From Octopus sinensis (lineage: Eukaryota): a stretch of DNA of 64,000 bases. The DNA lies in NCBI RefSeq assembly GCF_006345805.1, contig NW_021833236.1, forward strand, positions 16,426-80,425, read 5' to 3'. The number at the start of each line of letters is the position of its first letter. The first letter of the stretch is position 1. The translations under genes were made by a program, and so were the position numbers. Positions 13,366 through 25,835 of this stretch are shown here, in pieces. The notes beneath the pieces are model-generated. The model was not told where the DNA came from, ran no database searches, and worked only from the letters and a program-made list of their open reading frames with translations.

Positions 13366-13601
13366 ATATGGGGCCCCAAAAGTAAATTTACAGTTCTCAC
13401 ATAGGCACTTTAAATTTCTTTTAAAACATTTTATTACATTTAAATTTCTGTCTTACAAACTCAAAAAGGAGCTTCACAAAATTAACTAACTTAGTATAGA
13501 ATAACGGTTTCATATCTTTTTTTAGTTAAGATCTAAACTGTTAACTTATGAATGCAAAAGAGATAGTTGAATAACTGTAAACCTACTTTTGGGCCACTCT
13601 G
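13366..13601. mobile_element. Tc1/mariner-derived MITE
   Basis: TIR CCCAAAAGTAAATTTACAGTT / AACTGTAAACCTACTTTTGGGCCACTCTG followed by TA. The TIR is related to that of the 56358 element. Confidence 0.7.
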
Positions 13602-13690
13602 TACATATATATATACTTTGTATGTATGTATATGTGACTTCGTGTGTACCGTTGGCGATTTTTTTCCCTCTGTCTTCCCTTCTCTGGATC

Positions 13691-13723
13691 TTTCCGACGA
13701 AGAGCTCCGTTCGAAACGTTAAA
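13691..13723 (+). ncRNA. Minimal hammerhead ribozyme (core variant)
   Basis: TTT CCGACGA A GAGC tcc GTTC GAAA CG TT AAA, with U4>C in the core. It lies in a ~210 bp insert (about 13616-13828) bounded by TA repeats. Confidence 0.7.
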
Positions 13724-13869
13724 CCCTCCTTCTTCTCTTCTTTCCTGAGCGTCCAATAATATTTTATTTGTTTCACGTCCTCGCGTTGTTGTGTTTTTTT
13801 TTTTGTGTTTTCATGTTTGGATTAACTTATATATATATATATATATTATATGTGTGTGTGTGTGTGTAG

Positions 13870-14104
13870 TCTTTTACTCTTTTACTTGTTTGAATCATAT
13901 GACTGAGACCGTGTTGGAGCACAGCCTTGAAGGATTATAATCGTACAAATCGACGCCAGGACTCATTGTTTGTAAGGCTTGTATTTATTCTATCGGTTTC
14001 TTTTGCCGCCCCGCTAGGTTACAGGGACGTAAATACACTAACGCCGGTTGTCATGTGATGGTGGGTGGGTGGGGGGACAAACACAGACTCACACACATGC
14101 ATCC

Positions 14105-14135
<31 letters not shown>

Positions 14136-14236
14136 CATACGACGGGTTCCTTTCAGTTTCCGTCTACCAAAACCACTCACAAGGCTATGGTTGGCCCGAG
14201 GCTATATTAGAGGACACTGGCCCAAGGTGCCACGCA
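13870..14236 (-). mobile_element. SINE family B, head truncated
   Basis: Tail CTTTTACTCTTTTACTTG, internal microsatellite, ends at CCCAAGGTGCCACGCA. Confidence 0.85.
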
Positions 14237-14501
14237 TATATATATCATCGTACATCACACCAAGAAACTCGAAAGAGGGCAGCAATATCAAACTCTCACC
14301 AAATGCCAATCGCATAAGAGTGACCAATGATAAAGTGACCACACGCCAAGTCTGGCCACAGCCAAAGGAGTTGAAGCGCATAAAAGAATAAAAGAATGTA
14401 TGTTCTCACTTTCGTACACATTGCTCTCTCACACATACAGGTACACATAGACACTCCCACAAACATACATATAAACAAGCACACACATACACACATCCAT
14501 A

Positions 14502-15373
14502 TGAGGGGGTACGCCTTAATAACCGGAAACATTCTCTGTGGGAAAAAGCCGTGTAGTTCAGGCCTCCACCGTTAGAATCCACTTGATGTGACCCTTGGGC
14601 AGTCAGTCGACCGGCGTTATCCAGTTGGGTCATACTGGCACGTGGTGCGTCTTTCTTTTGCAGTTCTTCGATTTTTGCGATGGCTGAAACGAAGGAACAG
14701 CGTACTTCTGTGAAACTCGGTTTTCTGCTGGAGAAAACGGCGACTGAAACAGTTGTCATGCTTCAAACAACCTACAATGATGTCGCCATGAGCAAAACAG
14801 AAGTTTATGAGTGGTTTCTATGATTTAGGAATGGTCACTCGTCGCTTGAGGACCAGCCTTGTTGGCCTCCCGAACGAATGAAAACATCATGAAAATTCAT
14901 GAACTGATCTTCGAGGGCCGTTACCGAACAATTGATGAACTTTGTTGATATGACTGATGTGTCCTAGAAATCCTGCCAACGAATTTTGAGCAAGGAATTC
15001 CGAATGAAAAGCATTGCAGCAAAATTTGTGCTTCACTTGGTCACGGAAGATCAAAAGCAGTCACGAGTGAATGCGTGTCGTGAACTGAAAGAACAGTTGG
15101 AAGTTGATCCGGACCTTTATTTGAAGGTCATCACTGGTGATGAAAGCTGGTGCTACGGAATTTGCAGATGTGGAAGAGGTGAAGAAAAAATCAATGAAGG
15201 CGTTAAAAGGCATCACTTCGTAAGAGTTCCAGCACTGCTTCGAACAGTGGAAAACGCGCCAGGACCGATATAGTTCTTCAAATGGAGAATTGAAGGCGAT
15301 AAAAGTATAAACATGTAAAACTAAGTGAATAAAATAATATTGCAAAATTCCGGTTTCTTTTGGGTACCACACA
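14502..15373 (+). mobile_element. Internally deleted mariner (DD34D) element
   Basis: TA-flanked TIRs (TGAGGGGGTAC...AACCGGAA / TTCCGGTTTC...GTACCACACA). Relic ORF from 14680 reads MAETKEQRTSVKLGFLLEKTATETVVML...VYEWF, AAKFVLHL, KVITGDESWCYG, then jumps to the C-terminal FQHCFEQWK. Confidence 0.9.
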
Positions 15374-15378
15374 TAATG

Positions 15379-15409
<31 letters not shown>

Positions 15410-16231
15410 AGTTATGTCGTTACATACACACAGAATACATGCAAGTAGATATACAAACACATACATATATAAACATTACTTCATCATATATGTTTACACT
15501 TGAACGTCTATTGCACAAACATACATAAATATATACTACACACACACACACATACACACATACAATACACATACAATACACACACACACATACACGCTTA
15601 CACGCATGCACAGACATTCTCACGTACACAAATAGAACGTAAAACGCGTTCAGCTGCTCATTTCAATTTTCAGCCTTCTTCATGTGTCTTGATACGTTGA
15701 ACTAATATCGCCAGAATCAAGATACCAAATCTGATAGAATCTTAATGTAGAAAAAGGCAAAACATTCTTCTGATTGACACTAATTGTCATCTCAAGAATC
15801 TCTTCCTTATTCCTCCCTTTTCTATCACTCTCATTTCCTTATAAGATTCCATTTTGAATACAAAGAAACTGACAAACAAAGCGAGAGAAAAGCGGTGATC
15901 ATGTAAATGTTTTCTCGTTGAAGAATATGTCCGCTTTAGTTATTTTGATTGCAATTTGGCACCATTTTGACAATTTAACAAGCAAATTTATCTTTATGTG
16001 GGAATGGTTACTTTTTAAAAATGTTCTTTTTTTTTAGCAGTTACTGACAAAACCCAAATTTATGACTATTTCTTCAGCACATGCGCATATGTAAATCATT
16101 ATTAAAAATACATATACAATTATATATATATGTTTATATATATATATATATTATATATATATATATAATATATATATATATAATATATATATATATATAT
16201 TATATATATATATATATGTTTATATATATAT

Positions 16232-16269
<38 letters not shown>

Positions 16270-16413
16270 TATATATATCTATATATATATATATATATAA
16301 TACTTAGTGAAATAGAAAGATGAATAATCTTGTAGTGGATTAATCAACAGTTAATAAAACGTTTCTGTTCAATCTGCGTTCAGCTCCATTTCTTCAATTC
16401 ACCAATAATGTTT

Positions 16414-16454
<41 letters not shown>

Positions 16455-16539
16455 ATAATCTCTCTCTCTCTCTCCATATACACACACACACATATATATA
16501 TACACACAACACACATACATATAAGTATACACACACCAG

Positions 16540-17420
16540 TTTAATACAAACATTTCTACGTAAATGTACAAAAGGTTTAATGGGAAGTTTTCCAGAGAAT
16601 TTAAGTGAAACCCTCTCTAAAAACTAACATAAGCGTCTGTAACTTCCTCAATATTGGATTACATCTGAGCACTGTATAATATCAAGGAAGAAGATATGAT
16701 ATGAATATAAATTTTAGTTATCCATTTGGGATCGTACAAATAACCCAGTCAAAAATATTATCCGCCGATCAAAAACCCTTCAGTTGAACAACACCTCATT
16801 ATAATAATGCACTAAAACAAAGCGCCTTCCAATTAAAACTAAAATACACAGAAAATATGGTTCAAGAAGCAAACTGTAGCATCGAATATAGATATCAAAA
16901 ACCGTCTAACATTGGTAAATAAATATGACTGTCTTATACGGAACTGCCACGGCTTGTAGCCGTCTAAGAAACTTAAATGTCAACTACGGTTGCACGGGAA
17001 CATCAGCACATACATAGATGTAATAAAACCTATCTCACATATAAAGGTAAGAGAAACCGTTCACCTGATATTAATTTCTATAATTTAAGACGCTTTCCTC
17101 AATGGACGTGACTAATTACCGACCTTAATTCAGAAATCCAGTGTATCTTCGTCCTAAGGTAGCCAGAAAAAATAACACAGGTGTAATTTTACTCATTACA
17201 CCGTGTCTTTCATGTCTAGAAATACATGAAGCTCTACAGGATCATCCTAATGTATTTAGATCCTGGAGGAAATGGGAATTGATAACACCAACAAATCCTG
17301 ATTGTTAAAGATGCACCCGCTCCTTACATCGGTTCAAAAGGATGTATCATGCTTCTAGCTGAAAAATACAACATATCTATGCGAAGTTTTGAGTGGAAGA
17401 ACAAAGGTTTTGTTTCAAAA
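16540..17420 (+). mobile_element. Decayed Penelope-like retroelement (RT thumb / GIY-YIG region)
   Basis: Translated motifs SKILSADQKPFS*TTPHYNNALKQSAFQLKLKY, YGCTGNIS and YIGSKGCIMLLAEKYNI follow the PLE CxLCxxEK C-terminal pattern. Many frameshifts. Confidence 0.7.
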
Positions 17421-17499
17421 TGGAGGTTATAAATGAATCTTTGAAATTGCTTTTCATTCCGTCCTACGATAAAGTTTCTCCAAATACATAGTTTTTTGT

Positions 17500-18400
17500 G
17501 GGGTTTTTTTCAGAACGAATCCCCATATACATCTCCCCTGCTACCTCTTCCTCTGTTGTATGTCGTCCGAAACCATATTTCTTGCAGTCTCTTCCAGCCT
17601 CTCCGTATTGTATTGTTAATTAATTATTTTCCATTCAAGACATCTAATTGTCTCTTCCGTCTTCGTCGCCACCATCTTATAAAGTCTTTGCATTAATCAT
17701 CTCTCTTTGTCACCTGATTCTTAATAATCTACGTAAGCATCAAAAGCGGTGGAATTAACCTCGGATATTGTGGTAATTGTGACCAGCTCAGTATCCATAA
17801 AATGATACTGATCCTTCGAAAGATATAAAACCATAGACCCTGGTCTCTCATGAAACATCTAAACTTCCACATAAACTCTCACAGCCCGTTGCTTGTCCCG
17901 TTCTTTTCCAAATTCTTTTTTCAAATCCTAAACACACACAATACTTACTTCCACAGTTCCCAAGTATTTGAAGAAATCATTCTGAAAACCAGCAAAATAT
18001 AAACTTAGTTTCATTATCATTTCATTTGTAAAAACTTCACCCCCCACCACCACATCCACCTCCATTTCTAAAAGCCCGCTACCTCCTCCACTTGAATGTT
18101 GCTCCCTAGAATATCGTTGTCCGCAGTAGCATCACTTCTAAAAATGTCTTTACACAACCCCCGTCCTATCAAGTCCTCACACGGCCCCCTTCGTAGGAAT
18201 TTTAATTATAATTCATTTCTGCCGTCCTTCTGGAATTTCAGCTGTTCTTCAGATGCAACACTTCTTAATACAATTCGTGATATAATTTCATAAGCCTTTA
18301 CCAACTTAAGCACGATTCCACCTTTTTTATTGCACCTTTCCAATTTCTCATGAAAGTCCTCAATATACTGTGTAAATCACGTTCCAAGCGACTCTTGTCG
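17500..18400 (-). mobile_element. Possible very old LINE RT relic
   Basis: Purine-rich minus strand with GGIVLKLVKAYEII (similar to the RT KLDxxKAYD motif); weak. Confidence 0.25.
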
Positions 18401-18454
18401 TTTGCTATAGAATTTCTCTTTCTGATCGCCCATTGTTCCTATCGTAAGTAACGC

Positions 18455-18597
18455 GTGTCACGCTGAATCTCCCGGAAAACTACATTAAGGATACACGTGT
18501 CTGCGGAGTACTCAGCCACTTGCACGTTAATTTCTTGAGTAGGCTGTTCCCTTTGTGGGACCAACTGGAATACTCGTCGTCGTAACCGACAGAGTGG
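18455..18597 (+). mobile_element. SINE family A 3' fragment
   Basis: GTGTCACGCTGAATCTCCC...CGTCGTCGTAACCGAC matches the 3' half of the 62151 copy. Confidence 0.85.
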
Positions 18598-18949
18598 TAG
18601 TTTTTGTAATTTAGTGCGGACTGGAATAATTATAAACCTACCAGTAACTGTGATAGTTTCCACCATTTCTGACGTGGCTAATAGTCTTTAACCATCCATG
18701 GAACGATGACAAAGTGAAGCAGGTTTTTGTGGTTGATGTTGTTGCTGTTTCTGTTGTCTTTATCGATGTTCAAACACAAGTTATTCATGGTCAAGAACCC
18801 AATAATAAAAGTATTCTAAAAGTAACGACCGCATCTTTTATGTATGTATATCAGGGACTTCATTGTTCAGTATTTTGTATTTATTTGAGCGAAGATTCAG
18901 CTGGTATTACTAGCTGGTAGAACCAAGGCAGAAAGGGGTCCTAATTAGT

Positions 18950-19147
18950 TTCAAATATCGGCACAAGGCCAGCACTTTCGGTGGAGAGGGTAAGTCGATT
19001 ATATCAACTCCAGTGCGCAAATCGACCCCGAAAGGATAAAAGAAGACAAATTCGACCTCTGCGTCATTCGAACTCAGAACATAAAGGCTGGTAAAATTCT
19101 GCTGAGCATTCTAACCGGCGTGCTAACGTTTCTGCCAGCTCGCCGTC
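18950..19147 (-). mobile_element. SINE family C monomer
   Basis: Same head and body as the 9220 copy. Confidence 0.75.
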
Positions 19148-20057
19148 TCACAAGGAGGGTCTTAACTGACATTAGAATAAACTTGTCTTGTGATTAAATG
19201 GTACCATTCTTGGACAGTTACTTCTGCGACCCAGTTGCAATCCCACCGTTTGATGTTATGAATGTTTTGGTTAGAAGCACCTTTTAAAGGAAATGAATGA
19301 AGTTAACAACATCACACACACAACCTACTCCTTTACAAAAACGTACAAAAGCCTTAGCATTTAAGGGCCTGTGCGTTGTTATCTAACAGCAGCTGGTTTG
19401 GTTGACCGTGGGGGGGGGGGGGTCTAGGGTGACGGTGTGACTGGACAGCTGATGTCTTGATATTTATCTTGATGTATTGACTTCGTTAACAGAAATAAAT
19501 GGATTGCTCTGTGCGTGTGTGTGTGTATGAACAAGTGTGTGAGTGCATGTGAGTGCGTGTGTGTACGTGTAAGGGTATATACGCGTGTACGGCTGAGTGA
19601 CAGCATGTTTGTGAAGTCAATCAAATTTATATATATATACGCTGGACAATTTAATGGGTGAAAAAGACAACGAAGCAGTGAAGAAGTCTAACATAAACTC
19701 ACACACAATCACACTGTCTCACAGTCACAGAGACAAACACTACACACATACCACACACACATACACATAGAGATACACATACACATTCACGTGCATACAT
19801 ATATACAAATATTTACAAAAAACATTAAATATCATCAACACACACACAGGACATATGCACACACAACACACACAAGCACACACATCACCCCATATACACT
19901 CACACATATACAAATATACACGCTCTCTGTTATGTAGACCTTGAACACAAATTTCAATTAAGACATTGGTATAAGGTGTAATATGGAAGACAGGATATGT
20001 GTCTGTGTGTGTATACACACACATATATATATGAACATGTATACATGTATATATATA

Positions 20058-20184
20058 TATTGAGCATGTATGTATGTATATGAATATATATATATGAGCA
20101 TGTGTATATATATATATATATATATAATATATATATTATATATATATATATATATATAGCATGTATATATGCATATATATATAT

Positions 20185-20220
<36 letters not shown>

Positions 20221-20467
20221 TTAGCATGTATATATGTATATATGTGTGTGTGTCTATGTATGTATATGTATATATATGTGTATGCATGCATGTATGTATG
20301 TATGTATGTATGTATATATATATAAAACGAAGAGTCGAAGAAGACTAACACCACGCACACAGTCTCACACATACCACGCACGCACAGATACACATATATA
20401 CTTACATGCATAAACATATATATATATATTGAGCATGTATGTATGTATATGAATATATATATTGAGC

Positions 20468-20510
<43 letters not shown>

Positions 20511-20753
20511 CATGTATATATGCATATATATATATATTATATATTATATATATGTATATACATATAAGCACGTATATATGTATATATGTGTGTGTGTCTA
20601 TGTATTATATGTATATATATGTGTATGCATGCATGTATGTATGTATGTATGTATGTATATATATAAAACGAAGAGTCGAAGAAGACTACACACACGCACA
20701 CAGTCTCACACATACCACGCACGCACAGATACACATATATACTTACATGCATA

Positions 20754-20786
<33 letters not shown>
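20058..20786. repeat. ~360 bp tandem duplication of microsatellite-rich DNA
   Basis: AAACGAAGAGTCGAAGAAGACTA...CAGTCTCACACATACCACGCACGCACAGATACAC occurs at ~20325 and ~20666. Confidence 0.9.
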
Positions 20787-20789
<3 letters not shown>

Positions 20790-21427
20790 TGTGTGATTTT
20801 GTATCCACATAGAAACACTCAAGCGCACGCTTACAGACGCATATCGTGTTTTGCACCTGTCTCTTCTTCCTTTACCTCTCTATATTTGTTTGGGCACACA
20901 CACACACACACATACACACACACGCACTATATGTTCCTGTATATATATATACACACACACATATATAAATGATGCTGTTATATATTTTCGCTTCATTTGA
21001 ATATATCCAACACTATCAATCTTCCTTTCGCTTATCTCACATATTTATACATACATGCGTGTGTACGTGCATGTGTGTTTGTGTGTCTGTGTGTGTTTGT
21101 GTATACACATATGGAAGCATATATATGCTTTTATATATCCTGTACATGTGTGTATGCGTTTCTACATGAATTTGTGTGTAGATATAAACTGACACATATC
21201 TCATCCTTTATAGAAAACTGTCAATGGTAGGCAGATAAAGATCCTGGTATCACCTGACCCCCCTCATCTAATAAATAAACTCTTCCACACATCACCTATT
21301 CCTCCCCCCACTCTTTCTCCCTCTCCACCAATTCTCCAACTCCACTTCCTCCTACCACCTCGCTTTTCCTCCCTCATCGCTCAACAGACTTCTGCACCTG
21401 TTAATCAACATCTTCCCGCAACACTTT

Positions 21428-22010
21428 ATTCTTTTCTACTCTAGGCACAAGGCCCGGAATTTTGGGGGGGAGGGAGCCAGTAGATTAAATCGACCCCAGT
21501 ATGCAACTGGTACTTAATTTATCAACCCCAAAAGGATGAAAGGCGAAGTCGACCTCGATGGAATTTGAACTCAGAACGTAATGGCAGACGAAATACCGTC
21601 AAGCTTTCTTTTCTACTCTAGGCATAAGGCTCGAAATTTTGGGGGTGGGAGTCAGTCGATTAGATCGACCACAGTACGCAACTGGTACTTAATTTATCTA
21701 CTCCGAAAGAATTTGAACTCAGAACGTAAAGACAGAAGAAATACTGCCAAGCATTTCGCCCGGCTTGCTAATGATTTTTATTTCTTTATTTCCCACAAGG
21801 GGCTAAACATAGAGGGGACAAACAAGGACAGACAAAAGGATTAAGTCGATTACATCGACCCCAGTGCGTAACTGGTACTTAATTTATCGACCCCAAAAGG
21901 ATGAAAGGCAAAGCCGACCTCAGTGGAATTTTGAACTGAGAACGTAACAGCAGACGAAATATGGCTTAGCATTTCGCCCGGCGTGCTAACGTTTCTGCCA
22001 TCTCGGAGCC
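21428..22010 (-). mobile_element. SINE family C multimer
   Basis: At least three repeats of the CGACCCCAGT...CAACTGGTACTTAATTTATC...GAATTTGAACTCAGAACGTAA unit. Confidence 0.85.
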
Positions 22011-22099
22011 TTCCAGCTGGTTCCAGTCATGGGCTGCAGCCATTCTGGGACAATACCTTCTACCATATTACTTGATCAGATCTGCGCATGTGCGAATAA

Positions 22100-23028
22100 T
22101 AGTTCCGTGTTTGTTATATCGAGTGTGAGAATGCTGTCATTTTCTAATCTTTTCACCACGTAGAATCGTTGATATTTTCGCGGATGCATAGTACAGGTGG
22201 TTGAGATCTGTAATATCAACATCATTAGCTGAAATTATATCCTTAAGCGCAAGGCGGATTTTACCAATTATTTTCAGATTTTGGTTACAATTGCGATTTT
22301 TTGGGGGAGTGTCACGTTCATTCATACTGGTTTCTTTAATTTTCAGTCATTCAATCATGATTTGATTTTTTAGATCATCTAGTTCAGTTGGGCCAATTTC
22401 TGTGTAACTTATTCCATCTATTTGATTTTCATCTGCCTTATTGGTTATGGTTGGTTCAGAGAGTATTTCACTTTGCCTATCAATTACATTAACTCTTTCT
22501 ATCGTTACTGCATTTTCATCAGACCTGAATTGGTCAATAATTATTTCCTCAATAGTATCTTCTTCAGCTGCAATTCCGTCCCTTTTATCCCTTACAGTCT
22601 CTAATTCAGTCAGTAATTTTTTTTTTTTTCATAATGTTTCTTCTGACGTTGGCAAGTTTGTTACTGTCTATGTAGGGTCTTACTTCAAGGTGCTTCTGTT
22701 TCCAGTTTAGGTAGGTTTGTGCAGTATTAGATTCATCTGTGGAGAAATATATGGCATGGTAGAAGGCCGTAAGAACTTCCTTATTATTTTCCCTAGTCCA
22801 TTTTTCATTCATTTTCTTTTGGTTATTTGATGACGGGCATGGATGGCCATCTGTTGGAATATTTCGGTTGTGGGGTACTTCCAGCTGATGTGTTTCGGGA
22901 AGATTTGAATCAGTAGCTGATTTTTAACACCTGGTCTGGTTCCTCACTGGAGTGCGCTGTCCTTCTTGGTTTGTGTTTTGCTTTATCATTGACGCATAAC
23001 GAGCTTGGACTTTGACATTAAGGGACGG

Positions 23029-23029
<1 letters not shown>
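22100..23029 (-). mobile_element. 5' end of an R4/Dong-type RLE LINE
   Basis: KWTRENNKEVLTAFYHA...NWKQKH...IDSNKLANVRRNIMKKK and DITDLNHLYYASA resemble R4-clade N-terminal motifs. The 5' end abuts (TAA)n. Confidence 0.7.
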
Positions 23030-23061
<32 letters not shown>

Positions 23062-23079
23062 TTTTTTTTTAGTTTTTTT

Positions 23080-23780
23080 TTTTTTAGTTTTATTTTTATA
23101 GCGTGCTTTCACTTCACTACCGAGCACAGCTCTGTGTGCCTTGGGTATGTGCTGTGATTTGTTGTGATGCTCTGATGGTTATTGTATGGAAAGTGTTCTG
23201 CGTAGGATGTGTGCAGTGCCTAGTAGTGCAATTTTCTGTATGTTATATGTGTTTGTAAGTCCTGGTGTTTTTGTTATGTATTTGTCTGAATATTTTTTTA
23301 TCATGCCTAATGCACCTACTATGATAGGAATTGTTTCTGTTTTCAGATTCCACATTCTAGTTACCTCTATTTCCAGGTCTTTTTATTTTGAGAGTTTCTC
23401 CATTCTTTAGAGACACGTTGTCATCTGCCGGTATTGATACATCAATTAGAAAGCATGTTTTTTCTTCATGATCTCTGACAACTATATCTGGTCTGTTGGC
23501 CTTAATTTCTCTATCTGTGTGTATCGGCATATCCCAGAGTAGGTTGCTTTCTCGTTTTCTGTGACCTTTTCTGGTGTGTGCCTATACCATCTTTTTTCTG
23601 TTGTTATTCTATAATGTTGGCATAGCTTCCAGTGTATGTAGGTTCCAACTCTGTCATGTCTGTGAATATATTCCTTCTTAGCCAGGACTGGGCAGCCAGA
23701 GATAATATGATTTATTGTTTCTTGTCCATCTCCACATATTCTGCAGTTACTTGTTATATTTCTTTTCATTACATGCTTTT
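23080..23780 (-). mobile_element. R4/Dong-type RLE LINE 3' fragment
   Basis: CRICGDGQETINHIISGC (CCHC), YIHRHDRVG, ANRPDIVV nuclease motif, 3' UTR ending in A/(TAA)n. Confidence 0.92.
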
Positions 23781-23962
23781 TGGTTAGGTCGCGGATTTTA
23801 GCGACTAAAATATTTTGACAAATTAAACTTAAATGTTGAAGTGAATCGAACGGCTTTTGTGTGTTTCTTAAATGGCTTATAAACACCTTCCACGCTGCAA
23901 TTGTTTTCGTTTCAGCACAAGATCTCAGATCAAATTACTTACTATGCGAGTACATCTCCGTA

Positions 23963-24034
<72 letters not shown>

Positions 24035-24039
24035 TTATT

Positions 24040-24212
24040 TTTCTTCTTCTTTCAAATTTGCTATCATTTCTTGCCGATTGTCTTCCCGACTCCTAGGGCA
24101 AAGAAACTCATAGTATACATTGGTAGGCCATTAAACCAAACTCAGTAGTTCGTTCATTTTTTTTTTTAAGTTAAATTAAAATACATGAGCAGCAACAGTT
24201 CTCACATCGACA
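24040..24212 (-). mobile_element. RLE LINE 3' UTR-only insertion
   Basis: Near-identical to the 3' UTR of the 40094 and 42700 copies; flanked by (TTA)n on both sides. Confidence 0.85.
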
Positions 24213-24249
<37 letters not shown>

Positions 24250-24257
24250 TATTATTA

Positions 24258-24290
<33 letters not shown>

Positions 24291-24844
24291 GAGTGAGAGA
24301 GCAGTTCATGCCATCAAAGTGACACTGGGGTAAAATATACGAAGCCCAATATACCCATCATGACTACCCGTCTGATAAAGGTACACCATGCACATGCATC
24401 ACAACCATATGTGCGCGACATGGTGTTCTCATATCAAGATAAACAGCACATGACCTTGCAGGTGGGGCCCAGTTAGAATTTTCTTCAGGTTGAGTAGCCC
24501 ATCCCGCTCAAAAGGTCTCTGAATAAGGGTTGTTTAAGGATGTTGAAAGAACCACCCATGTTTCCAGAGGTGAATTATTCAAACCCCAAAGAATCCCTCT
24601 CAACACGTGGCTATGATGCTCCCCCACTACTTCTGCTCATGATCAGAGATGCACATATCGTCAGCCACTAAGGGACAGTCTCAACTGGTTAAGGTTAAAC
24701 AACTGACAAGCAAATCTGTGGTATTGAGCAGAATATTTGTTGTAACCCATCTTTTATACCAAGACAAAACAATGTACATGATAACACTTCCAATCAGTTA
24801 AGATCAGAAGCCATGAGAGCCACTACCTGGTACTGCATCTGGGC

Positions 24845-24846
<2 letters not shown>
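24291..24846 (-). mobile_element. ~555 bp non-coding element inserted in (TAA)n
   Basis: Sharp boundaries against TTA arrays on both sides; no ORF and no tRNA head seen. The minus orientation is inferred from the (AAT)n tail convention of the neighbouring LINEs. Confidence 0.65.
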
Positions 24847-24885
<39 letters not shown>

Positions 24886-24916
24886 CGTCATCATTATTAT
24901 TATTATTATTATTATT

Positions 24917-25586
24917 CTATGTTTGACTTTTGCTTTATATTTGTACAAGTTGGCTCCAAGTCTCACCCAGAGACCTCAAGAGACAACAGGGTTGGAAGTT
25001 CATGTTGTTGTTATGCCTAGTGTGCCATATATTTGGGGGGTGGGGATGTTGTACTAATGAATGTCTAAAAAAAAAAAAAAAAAAGTTTTTTTTTTTTTTT
25101 TTTTTTAAACCGAAAATTATGGTTGTTTTAAACCTTGAGGTTACATAGAGAGTATTTTGCGTAGGATATGAGCAGTTCCCATGAGCACTATCTTTTGAAC
25201 TTCTGCCATTTTTGGGTTTCCTGGTATCTTAGTTAGGTAGCTATCAGCCCCTTTTGCTATCATTCCCAGGGCACCTATGACAACAGGTATTGTTTTAGTC
25301 TTCAGCTTCCACATTTTGCTGATTTCTATTTCAAGATCTTTATATTTGCTCAGTTTTTGGTAGGTCCTGACAGATACGTTTATATCGATTGGGACAGTCA
25401 TATCAATGAGGAGGCATGTTCTTTGTTTGAAGTCTTTCAATATGATGTCTGGCCTATTTGCATCTATCTTCCTGTCAGTTTGAATGGTGAAGTTCCAGAG
25501 GAGTGAGATGTGGTCATTTTCAAGCACTGGGGGTGGTTTGTGTTCCCACCAGTTTTTTTCATGGAGCAAATCCAGGTTTTTACAGA
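24917..25586 (-). mobile_element. R4/Dong-type RLE LINE 3' fragment
   Basis: Uninterrupted 142-aa ORF 25141-25569: LLWNFTIQTDRKIDANRPDIIL...LIDMTVP...KLSKYKDL...PVVIGALG...GTAHILRK. Confidence 0.93.
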
Positions 25587-25610
25587 TTATTATTATTATT
25601 ATTATTATTA

Positions 25611-25661
<51 letters not shown>

Positions 25662-25681
25662 TATTATTATTATTATTATTA

Positions 25682-25713
<32 letters not shown>

Positions 25714-25721
25714 TATTATTT

Positions 25722-25763
<42 letters not shown>

Positions 25764-25835
25764 TATTATTATTATTATTATTATTATTTTCATTATTATT
25801 ATTATTATTACTATTATTATTATTATTATTATTAT

